64,000 nucleotides of DNA, taken from positions 339,388,001 through 339,452,000 of the forward strand of contig OZ024743.1 in assembly GCA_964016885.1 (NCBI GenBank), in the 5' to 3' direction. Source of the DNA: Eledone cirrhosa. Taxonomy: Eukaryota. The notes beneath the pieces were generated by a model. The model saw only the letters and a program-made list of their open reading frames with translations, made no database searches and was not told where the DNA came from. The position numbers were made by a program, and so were the translations under genes. This document shows, in pieces, positions 54,978 to 64,000 of the stretch (positions are counted from its first letter, which is position 1; every line of letters starts with the position of its first letter).

Positions 54978-55040
54978 CTTTTCAATATTCTCAGGTGTTT
55001 CTTGTCTCAATAACTCCAACTTTACTATATCATCTAATAC
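54978..55040 (-). CDS. ATPAF1: ATPAF1 coding exon 3
   Basis: CATTGTAG| acceptor and |GTAAGA donor. 63 nt. Encodes VLDDIVKLELLRQETPENIEK, matching the ATP11 pattern L..I...E.......E.I. Confidence 0.88.
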
Positions 55041-55246
55041 CTACAATGACAATAATATATAATTATATAACTAGGACTGTATATGCCTTAACTAGAATGT
55101 AAACCAATCTAAACCAAACCCATGCTATCCATAAACATAAGCAAATACAAGCTACTACTCTACAATCAACCTACCTCCCAAAACATACCTCATCAGCCAT
55201 AAATTAAATTCAAACATATCCTGCACTTTGTATATATCATCCTCAT

Positions 55247-58200
55247 CACTTAGTCATTCGTGATCGAAAGGGGTCTTTACCTTTTTCTTTCTCCATTTTT
55301 AACCCGTTAGTTCCATTCATTCACCATTCTCTATCGTATTTCTCTATCGTATTTTCTAAAACAAATCTTGTGCTTGTTAAATTATGCCCAAAATACGGGG
55401 ATCTTATTTATAACCTTACCTTCTCGTATTTTCCAAACCTTAATTCTGTCGTATTTTCAAAACATAACAAATCCTTCTTATATATTCTTTTAAATATATT
55501 TTGTTATGTTGGCTAAGTTTTACGCCAAACGTCGAGTGCTTTATTTAAACTCTTCGCTGCCCCATCCTATCTTCTCCCTAACCCATACATCATGCTGGTC
55601 TCGAGGCACCCCACCCCCTCTCTATACATATAAGATAAACCCTACCAAATACGAAAAAATCAGAGTCGCTACATCCCTATTCTGGTATGGCTGTTCCATT
55701 GGTATAATGTAACGTAGACAAATATTTTCTCCATTCTCTCTCCATTTTTAACCCGTTAGTTCCATTCATTCACCATTCTCTATATTTTCTCTATCGTATT
55801 TTCCAAAACAAATCTTGTGCTTGTTAAATTATGCCCAAAATGCGGGGATATTATTTATAACCTTACCTTCTCGCTAACTACCCAACATCCCTCCCTCCCG
55901 CCCCCACGCACCACCATTATTACGTGGACCAATCATAAGTCAGAGGCCTATACTATCACTTACCTGGTTGCCTTCCGATATGATGGATGGACTACGGAAT
56001 TCTGGAGAGTTGAAGAGAGAAAAATCTGGACGCTCAGCGACAATGCCAAAGATAAAGACAATTCACCTCGTGGACGAGAATGCAAGCACTCCTTGTTTCG
56101 GCCGCGGATGGCTAACATAACCCCAACTCCGCTATCCCCCCGCTCCCACCCTCCAAACGCAATCCAAAACTTCAGAGTTGGTACCATGAATGTAGGCACC
56201 TTAAAGGGTCGCTCTAACGAGGTTGTAGAAATACTTGAACGTAAGGAGGTCGATGTTTGTTGTATTCAAGAGACCAGGTGGAGGGGAGGGTCTGCTAGAT
56301 TCATCGTGGGTAAAGAACGATGTTATAAGCTTTTCTGGGTGGGAAATGACAATGGGCTGGGTGGAGTAGGAATCATGGTAGCAGAAAAGTGGGCAGATAA
56401 GATAATAGACGTAAATAGAGTGAACGACAGAATAATGAAAATAAGACTTGTCCTCAATAGAACTACGGTGACAGTAATATCTGCGTACGCACCCCAATCC
56501 GGACTGCCCGGCGCTATAAAAGACAGATTCTATGAGACACTGATGCTCGCTACCTCCCAAATAACCGACAGTGACTATATAATTATTGCAGGCGACCTAA
56601 ACGGTCACGTTGGACAACATTGTGACGGCTATGACGGAATCCATGGAGGCTATGGGTTCGGTACTAGAAATGAGGAAGGCTCCAGAAACCTGGAATTCTG
56701 TGACGCAAATAACCTAACTATCTGTAACACTAACTTCAAAAAACGAGACAATCACTTGATCACCTATAGATCGGGGGAACACACAAGCCAGGTAGATTAT
56801 ATCCTTACCAGAAGACGTGACAGAGTGTCTGTTGTTAACACTAAATCCCTCCCCCATGAAGAATGCACCTCCCAACATAGACTGATAATTACCGACCTCA
56901 TAGTTAGGACAAGACGTACTAGACAGCAGAAGAGGACTATCCTCAGGAGAAAAATATGGAAGCTAAAGGACCCCACAGCCAGAAATAAATTTCAAAGCAT
57001 ATTACTTGATGCTTTCGACAGTAAGGAAGAGCAATTAGAGTCGTATAATATAGAGGAACAGTGGGAATTCCTGAAAGCAAACCTGCTGACGGCGGCAGAC
57101 GAAGTCTGTGGCTGGAGCAGGCCTGTAGGTAGGAGGAGAGTAACATGGTGGTGGAACAGTAAGGTGGAGGAGTCAATTAAGGCCAAAAAGCAGGCTTGGA
57201 AAGTATGGCGGGATGGGGGAAGTAGAGAAGACTATCAAGTGGCCAGGAGGGAAGCTAGGAGACAAGTGTACTTCGCAAGAAGGGAAGCAGAGGAAAGAAA
57301 GTTCAAGCATGTTCTACAACGCGAGGACCAAAAACGTGAGGTGTTCAGGATTGCTAGGCAATGTGTCAAGGAAAACCGTGATATTGTCGGGGAGAAGTGT
57401 GTACTTAATGATGAAGGCGTACTTGCCATCACTGACGCTGATAAGAAGGTAGCTTGGGAGAGTCACTACGAATGGCTTCTAAATGAGGAGAATAAATGGG
57501 AGAAAGACAGTCTCCCCCACATCGACCCAATAGAGGGACCAGCAGTGTTAGTCGAAGGTAGTATAATAAGTAAGGCAATCAAAGATATGAAGGCGGGTAA
57601 GGCGGCTGGGCCTTCGGAAATAGTTGCTGAGATGCTGAAAGCCTCTGGAACGGTGGGACACACCATGGTCTCCCGGATAGTAAACCAAGTCATACAGAAT
57701 GGGGTTGTTCCGAAGGACTGGTGTAGCAGCATTATCATTAACTGTTACAAGGGTAAAGGAGATGCCCTAGATAGGTGTAACTATAGAGGCATTAAATTAA
57801 TCGACCAGGTCATGAAGGTCACAGAAAAAGTTATAGCGCAACTAATCAGAGAGAGAATTGATCTAGATGAAATGCAGTTCGGGTTTGTGTCAGGCAAAAG
57901 TACCACAGACGCTCTTTTCATTGTACGACAACTACAGGAGAAGTACCTAGCTAAAAGTAAACCCCTATACTTAGCTTTTGTTGACTTGGAGAAAGCCTTC
58001 GACAGAGTCCCCCGTTCCATTATCTGGTGGGCTCTTAGAAAACTAGGTGTTGACGAATGGCTTGTGAGAGCTATACAAGCCATGTATAAAGAAACAGTCA
58101 GCAAGGTTAGAATTAACGACGAATATAGTGAAGAGTTTAGCGTAAAAGTTGGTGTCCATCAGGGCTCTGTTCTTAGCCCCCTACTATTTATTATTGCCCT

Positions 58201-59587
58201 TCAGGCTATAACAGAGGAGTTCAAGACCGGCTGCCCATGGGAACTCCTATACGCAGATGATCTAACGCTCATAGCTGAATCAATGGCCGAGCTAGAGAAG
58301 AAATTCCAAACATGGAAGCACGGCCTAGAATCAAAAGGCCTTAAAATTAACCTGGCTAAGACTAAGTTCTAGTTTGTAGGAAAGAAAATAAGGCGCCGGT
58401 CCCATCCGGGAAATGGCCATGCTCAGTGTGTAGGAAAGGCGTAGGTAGAAACTCTATTTTATGTCCCAAATGCAAAGTATGGGTGCATAAAATATGTAGT
58501 GGGATCACAGGTAAGCTAACTAAGAACATAGATTTCACATGTGGCCGGTGCTCCGGTGCAATAAGTAGCAGCAAGTGCCCACAAAATACTAGCTCTTTCA
58601 ATTGCGCAGAGGGTTCTATAGAAATAGTGGACAGCTTCCGTTACCTGGGCGACAAAATCAGCAGTGGGAGAGGGTGCTCTGAAAGTACAGTAGCTAGAGT
58701 CAGAACTGGTTGGAAAAAGTTCAGAGAGCTTATACCACTATTAGCCGCTAAAGGGTTCTCCCTAAGAATGAAAGGCAGGTTGTATGATGCCTGCATACGA
58801 ACAGCAATGTTGCATGGCAGTGAGACCTGGGCATTGTGTGCAGAGGATATATGCAGACTAGAGAGGAACGAAGTTTGCATGCTCCTTGGATGTGTAATAG
58901 TAACATACGTGAACGGCAAAGCATAAGCGAACTAAGGAAAAAATTAGAAATAAGAGGGATCAGATGTTGTTTACTCGAGAGAAGGCTACGTTGGTATGGT
59001 CACGTGATGCACATGAAAGACGACAGCTGTATAACAAAGTGCAGGGCAATAAAGATAGACGGTAGCTACGGAGTAGGCAGACCCAGAAAAACCTGGGACG
59101 AGCTGATAAATTCTGACCTCACACACTTACACCTCTCCAAGACAATGTCACTGGACCGAGACCTTTGGCGGTACTCAGTAATAGAGAAGACCCGCCTTAC
59201 CTAAATACAAAGTAAAACCTACTACAGCCAGTAGGCATCTCTAACAAAATACACTCCCGTCCCACCACCCCCACCCTTCAATGTAAAGTTATGTTGGTGC
59301 CACAACATCCAGGCCGAAACAAATGAGATCGTGTAGGTGTCACGATAAAAAAAACACACAGTCCACGCTGTAATGTGGCCGTGTAGGCAACACGGTAAAA
59401 ACCTCCCAGCCCCGAACTGTAAATGTGGTTGGTGTTAGGAAGGGCATCCAGCTGCAGAAAACCCGCCAGACAGTCCTATGCGAGCAAGACAATCACTCTT
59501 GCCTCAAGTGGGAAAACCCCCGTCCAAACCCATGCAAGCGTGGAACACGGACGTTAAACGTTGATGATGATGATGATGATGATGATA
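55247..59587 (+). mobile_element. Near-full-length RTE-clade LINE (about 4.3 kb), antisense to ATPAF1
   Basis: Single APE+RT ORF, 3' UTR ending in (GAT)n at 59563-59586, and an imperfect target-site duplication TGTATA[TAT]CATCCTCAT at 55229-55246 and 59588-59602. Confidence 0.9.
56108..59204 (+). pseudogene. RTE ORF: apurinic-type endonuclease, reverse transcriptase and PHD-like finger; two apparent 1-nt deletions
   Basis: EN motifs GTMNVGTL, CIQETRW, AYAPQ, GDLNGHVG, VDYIL and SQHRL. RT motifs NYRGI, QFGF, FVDLEKAFDRVP, GVHQGSVLSPLLF and YADD. C-terminal RLRWYGHV and GRPRKTW. Frame changes at about 58367 and about 58887. Confidence 0.92.
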
Positions 59588-59599
59588 TGTATACATCCT

Positions 59600-60035
59600 C
59601 ATTATCATCATCACTTTTTATGTCCACTCTTCTTTGCTTGCATGAGTTGGACGGGTCTTTTCCAGCTCTGCTTCTCTTCACCTCTGTGTTCCTTCCTCAT
59701 CTTCCGCCTCAGGTTCAGCATTCAGCAGTCCGCTCTCACCACCTCTGCCCAAGTCTTCCTTGGCCTTCTATTACAGCTACCTTCCATTGGCACCACTTCA
59801 TCCAATTCATGTATCACATGCCCATACCAGTACAGTTTTCTCTCTTGCACACTACATTTGACTCCTCTCATACCCAGTTGTTTCCTCTGCCCATCCATGC
59901 TTTGCTGTTCATGCATATTAATACCACACACCCATCAAAGCATGGCTACTTCATTTCTCTCCAACCTCTGAACATCTACATTTACTGCTCATATTTCACT
60001 TCCATGCAACATTACACTTCACATACAGGCTTTAT
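59600..60035 (-). mobile_element. Older 5'-truncated RTE fragment, inverted relative to the full-length copy
   Basis: The minus-strand peptide KQLGMRGVKCSVQERKLYWYGHV..RPRKTW is homologous to the RTE C-terminus. It is followed by CATGCAAGC..TGGAC..(GAT)n tail motifs. Confidence 0.85.
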
Positions 60036-60054
60036 AAATAAATACTCATCTTAC

Positions 60055-60193
60055 CAATTTAGGGACCGTTTTTTTCTCAGTTGGTTTCTTCTCTATCTTT
60101 TCTTTCTCTTTATGTTTCACAGGAGGGGCCACTTTTGGTTTTAAACTTTCATTTAATTCTTCCAACTTTTTATTATACATTTCAGGGTCTGCT
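60055..60193 (-). CDS. ATPAF1: ATPAF1 coding exon 2
   Basis: ATATTTCAG| acceptor and |GTAAGA donor. 139 nt, phase 2 in and phase 0 out. Encodes (K)ADPEMYNKKLEELNESLKPKVAPPVKHKEKEKIEKKPTEKKTVPKL, like SDPAAFESRLE in human ATPAF1 as recalled. Confidence 0.85.
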
Positions 60194-60557
60194 CTGAAAT
60201 ATAATAAAGTGGAGTGTGACTTACATCAACTATTGTTGCTAATATAATAGTTTACAAATATCAATTTCTGCCAGGATCTTTTTCTATAGGGTTAATAAAT
60301 GCTAGTTACATTTGAACCTGTTGCCAAAGGATGGAGGGGGTGGGTGCAAGTGTAGACATTGGATACCCCCCCCCCCCCTCCCAGTCACTATGTTTCAATA
60401 GTGCATCCTTAGATTTAGGATATTGAGTTTATAAAATACATCCTGAATTATGTTCTTTGTGAAAGATTGACCACAAAGAATGTTCTGGAGCCCCTCTCTT
60501 TGACCACCAAAGCCTGGATTAGTTACATTTGTGACCCAATGATAATGTAAAATTTAT

Positions 60558-61495
60558 GGTGGATTGGCTATATTGGTAGAGTGTCAGACAGAGTGCTTTT
60601 ACAGTATGTGTTCTGAGTCTTTATGTTTTTAGTTCAACATCCTTTCAGGATCGATAAAATAAAGTACCAGTCCCTTAATGGGGTCAATTGTTGGCCTTGT
60701 GACTAATGCAGAAACATTTATTATTAGTAGTAGTATTACTATTGTTAAAGGATAAGGGATTGGCAGAATCAGTAGAGCATTGAACAAAATACCTTCAAGT
60801 ATTTGTTCTGGCTCTTAAGTTAACTTGGTGTTTCATTCTTCTGGCATTGATATAATTAGCTGTTCCCTCTGCCAAAACTTCTGGCCCGGTGTTTATGTAA
60901 GAAATTATTGTTACTATTATTATTTGGTGGGTGGTGGGTTGGTAGAATCACTAGGGCATCAAACTGCTTCAAAATTTCTGTTACTTGGCAGTATCAGTAG
61001 TGTTGGAAAATATGCTTTTCAGCATAGAGTTACGTCCCTTTGCGTTCTGAGTTCAAATCTGGCCGAGTTTAGCTTTACCTTTCATTCTTATGGGGTTGAT
61101 AAAATGAAATACCAGCAATGCACTGAGGTTGATTTAATCGACTTTTCCCTCCCCCCAAATTGCTGGCCTTGTGGCTAAATCAGAAACCATTATTATTATA
61201 TTGTCCCCTACATGTCGGCCCTTGTGGCTAATAAATGAAATCATTATTATTATTATTATTTGGTGGGTGGTGGATTGACAGAGTCACTAGGGCATCAGAC
61301 AACCTGTTCTATGGCATTTGTTCTATCATTTAGTTACAGCTTTATATGTTCTGAGTTCAAATTCTGTCACGTCAACTTTGCTTTTCATCCTTCTGGGGAC
61401 AATAAAATAAAGTACCAGTTATGAACTGGGGTAAATATAATTGACTTTCCCCCTTCCTTTAAATTGCTGGCTTTGTGCCTAAATCAGAAATAATT
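60558..61495 (+). mobile_element. Cluster of about 4 degenerate tRNA-derived SINE copies with (ATT)n tails
   Basis: Repeated GAGTTCAAAT B boxes, CATCCTT..GATAAAAT..GTACCAG bodies and GGCCTTGTG.CTAA..GAAA ends at about 60558, 60750, 60925 and 61261. Confidence 0.75.
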
Positions 61496-61598
61496 TTTAA
61501 ATGTTATATTGTTTCATTATATATATGATGTCAACATGCTTATATTATTTGGGGTTTCCTATGTTTGTTTTTATGTCATGCATAACACTTTTGAATCC

Positions 61599-61685
61599 TC
61601 ATCATCCCTCTTCCATGCTGACATGGGTTGGTTGAAACATTTTGAGACTATGTTTTACAGTCAGATGCCTTTCCTGGCACCAACC
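61599..61685 (-). mobile_element. Short RTE-tail-related fragment; similar stubs on the + strand at about 51830-51866 and 52962-53002
   Basis: The minus strand reads GGTTGGTGCCAGGAAAGGCATC...CCCATGTCAGCATGGAAG..GATGATGA. Confidence 0.6.
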
Positions 61686-61825
61686 CTTTTAGACGCCTGT
61701 TGACATGTAGGAATATAATGTATCTATTCTAAAAACCGGAATACACACAGCATGTGTAAAATAAATGAATGTAAAAAAAAATTTGTTTAGAATTTAAAAA
61801 AAAAAGAAATATTTCCTTTACTCAC

Positions 61826-62049
61826 TTTTGGAGTGATTTCAATTTTTCAGTGTATTTTTCATAGTAAGGATTTTTTGTAATGTCCATGTCTGGTTCAGCT
61901 TTGCTCTTTTGTAAATGTAGAGAATTTTTTTGGAAGTTTCTTAGTGTTCTTGTGAATGGAAGAGCAGCAAAAGAAGGCAAAAAGTTGTGGTTGTACAAAA
62001 TAGCAGCTTGCTTCACACACTGCTTTCCTCGGTGCAGTATTGGCAACAT
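61826..62049 (-). CDS. ATPAF1: ATP synthase mitochondrial F1 complex assembly factor 1 (ATP11 family), first coding exon
   Basis: ATG at 62049 gives MLPILHRGKQ...ITKNPYYEKYTEKLKSLQ. The N-terminus is basic and lacks acidic residues (mitochondrial-presequence-like), followed by an NPYYEKY motif resembling the ATPAF1 NPFYDRY motif. Donor AA|GTGAGT (phase 2). A likely acceptor TTCTAACAG| at 62070 implies an upstream UTR exon outside the window. Confidence 0.85.
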
Positions 62050-62267
62050 TTGATTTAAGATTTTCACAGCTGTTAGAATCAAAAATATTTTTTTAATATA
62101 TTAAAAAAGCATTCAACTTCAATATTTGTATTGTATAACAAAGACAATGTCTGGTTATCACAACAAAAAATGTCTAGCTATAAAGACACACACACAGGTG
62201 TATGTATATGTATGTATATATATATATATATATATAGAAGTGGTTACTCAACAGTTAGTTCACCATA

Positions 62268-62307
62268 CCGAGAACAATTGTTTCACCTTCGCGGATCTTC
62301 AGCTCGG
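62268..62307 (-). ncRNA. Minimal type I hammerhead ribozyme motif (identical mirror copy, on the ATPAF1 sense strand)
   Basis: Exact reverse complement of 62395-62434. Confidence 0.8.
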
Positions 62308-62394
62308 GATGTGTATGGTTATAGGAACAAGAAGGACAACCATACGATGCGCGTTCGTACGGTTGTCCTTCCTGTTCCTATAAACATACACATC

Positions 62395-62434
62395 CCGAGC
62401 TGAAGATCCGCGAAGGTGAAACAATTGTTCTCGG
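62395..62434 (+). ncRNA. Minimal type I hammerhead ribozyme motif
   Basis: CCGAG-CUGAAGA-UCC GCGAA GGU-GAAAC AAUU GUU^CUCGG. Stem I is CCGAG/CUCGG, the core is CUGANGA plus GAAA, and the stem III region is palindromic (CAATTG). The predicted cut is after 62429. Confidence 0.8.
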
Positions 62435-62531
62435 TATGGTGAACTAACTGTTGTGTAACCACTTCTACCCAACTCGTCCCTTGGACTGAGTGCTCTGCCA
62501 CTACGGATATTACCTTCCAGTGTTCCACCAC

Positions 62532-62547
<16 letters not shown>

Positions 62548-62563
<16 letters not shown>

Positions 62564-64000
62564 AATGAAATTATTGTGTAAAGTGCTCAGGTGCACTACA
62601 ATTCGTCAATATAGTACATAGAATAATACACAAATGTCAGGGAAGTACATGTGTGTATGTGTTAGCTGTAGTGTTGGCGGATCTCGGAAAGCATGGAGGC
62701 CTTAAAGGATGCAGTGTCTCGACAGCTAACAACTGATGCAGGTAGTTTGTTCCATGCTTCAGCAACTCTGAGCGTGAAAAAATGTTTCCGAAAGTCATGG
62801 GAACTGTGCTGTTTTCTTACTTTGTGGGCATGTCCACGTGTGTTAGACACATGGAAATCGAAAAGGTACTCAGGGTTGTTGTTGGCAACATGGTTAACAA
62901 TTTTGTGGGTGTTTACCAAGTCAGTTGCCAGGCGTCGGAGCTTCAATGAATCCATGCCCAGGGAAGCAAGGCGCTCAGAGTATGGTAGATGCCTGATGGA
63001 GGGTATTCGCTTGGTTGCACGTCTCTGAACAGTTTCCAGGCGGTCAATGTCCTGAGCAAGATAGGGGTTCCAGACTGGTGATGCAAATTCTAAGTGTGGT
63101 CGCACCATAGCTGTATACAGCCTTAAATAGATATCTGGAGAGCGGCTGACAAAGGTCTTGCTGAGTGATGCTAAGACACCCTCGGCCCTCTTGACAATTT
63201 TAGAGACGTGCCTCGTCCAACGCAAATCGCTGCTGACCGTAATGCCCAGGTCACGTTCACAGGAAGACTTCTTGATATTAGTGCTGTGGAGGGAGTATGT
63301 GGACGCTGGGTTTTTACTCCCAAAATGCATGGTGGTGCACTTGTCTACAGCTAGCTTGAGTTGCCAGTCTGAGATCCACTGTTGCATTGTGTCCAGGTCA
63401 GACTGCAAACAAGATCTATAGTGTTCAGGATCTGTCCTTTTTATTTCAAGGTACAGCTTGATGTCGTCTGCATACTTTAGTACTGTGGCATTCCTTAAGT
63501 TGGCATCTATGTCATTAATATATGCCACAAACAAAAGGGGGCCAAGAAGAGATCCCTGTGGTACACCAGATGACATCTCATATGGTGAGGAATGCTGTCC
63601 CAGAATCGTGACTACCTCTCTTCGACTGAGAATGAAGGACTTCAACCAGTTAAAAAGATCATCCTTCACACCCATTGCAGAGAGTTTTGCCATAAGCCTT
63701 TTGTGTGGCACAGAATTGAAGGCCTTCGCAAAGTCAAGGTAAACAACATCCACCCATGAGCCGCCATCAGTGATCCGGGTGATGTCCTCAAGGAACTCTA
63801 TAAGTTGATCACAGCAGCTGGAGTTGGAGATAAATCCAAATTGCGAGGGCCGGATAAGACTGTGAGAGCTCCAGAAGTTCCAAAGTGTTTCTCTGACACA
63901 GGATTCCATCAGTTTGGCGATGCAACTAGTAAGACTGACTGGACGATAGTTCACAGGTGATGTGCGGTCACCCTTTTTGAACAGAGGAATGACACTGGCA
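62548..64000 (-). mobile_element. 3' part of a CR1-clade LINE with an (ATT)n tail; continues beyond the right edge
   Basis: RT ORF ends at 62662, followed by a short 3' UTR and (TAA)n at 62548-62566 on the + strand. Confidence 0.9.
62662..64000 (-). CDS. CR1-type ORF2 reverse transcriptase (partial, uninterrupted within the window)
   Basis: NYRPVSLTS, QFGF, YLDFAKAFNSVPH, SGVPQGSLLGPLLF, YADD, ERDLGI, RPHLEFASPVW, TRGH and FFTLRVAEAWNKLP. Confidence 0.92.
   Translation of the reverse strand, partial: ASVIPLFKKGDRTSPVNYRPVSLTSCIAKLMESCVRETLWNFWSSHSLIRPSQFGFISNSSCCDQLIEFLEDITRITDGGSWVDVVYLDFAKAFNSVPHKRLMAKLSAMGVKDDLFNWLKSFILSRREVVTILGQHSSPYEMSSGVPQGSLLGPLLFVAYINDIDANLRNATVLKYADDIKLYLEIKRTDPEHYRSCLQSDLDTMQQWISDWQLKLAVDKCTTMHFGSKNPASTYSLHSTNIKKSSCERDLGITVSSDLRWTRHVSKIVKRAEGVLASLSKTFVSRSPDIYLRLYTAMVRPHLEFASPVWNPYLAQDIDRLETVQRRATKRIPSIRHLPYSERLASLGMDSLKLRRLATDLVNTHKIVNHVANNNPEYLFDFHVSNTRGHAHKVRKQHSSHDFRKHFFTLRVAEAWNKLPASVVSCRDTASFKASMLSEIRQHYS

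Larger units (their letters stand above)
62235..62531 (+). mobile_element. Penelope-like element remnant (pseudo-LTR with inverted 5' duplication) inserted in a (TA)n microsatellite
   Basis: 113-bp inverted arms (62235-62347 and 62355-62467, 4 mismatches, 7-nt loop), a minimal hammerhead motif in each arm, and (TA)n on both flanks. This architecture is typical of Penelope-like elements. No PLE ORF is present. Confidence 0.7.

Noticed and set aside
55960-63742. Short ORFs antisense to or overlapping the RTE, CR1, SINEs and the palindrome
   Set aside because: These are shadow frames of mobile elements and microsatellites with no independent support.

Overview
Eukaryotic (metazoan) genomic DNA. 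The repeat content (tRNA-headed SINEs, RTE LINEs with (GAT)n tails, AT-rich introns) looks octopus/cephalopod-like, but that is inference. Positions 1-49691 are one uninterrupted tandem array of a 49-52 bp monomer (roughly 980 copies estimated from length, with higher-order structure). All long ORFs there are artefacts of a stop-free monomer. Positions 49740-62069 carry seven minus-strand exons, with canonical GT-AG sites and consistent phases, that splice into about 230 aa of ATPAF1/ATP11 (mitochondrial F1 assembly factor). The gene's C-terminal exons are not in the window, so the satellite appears to fill a >49.7 kb intron, starting about 48 bp after a splice donor. The monomer also shares several collinear 8-9-mers with one ATPAF1 exon in antisense orientation. 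The introns also hold a near-full-length RTE LINE with a PHD-like finger, an older inverted RTE fragment, SINEs and several minisatellites. Upstream of the ATG exon are a 233-bp palindrome carrying Penelope-type minimal hammerhead ribozymes on both strands and the 3' end of a CR1-type LINE.
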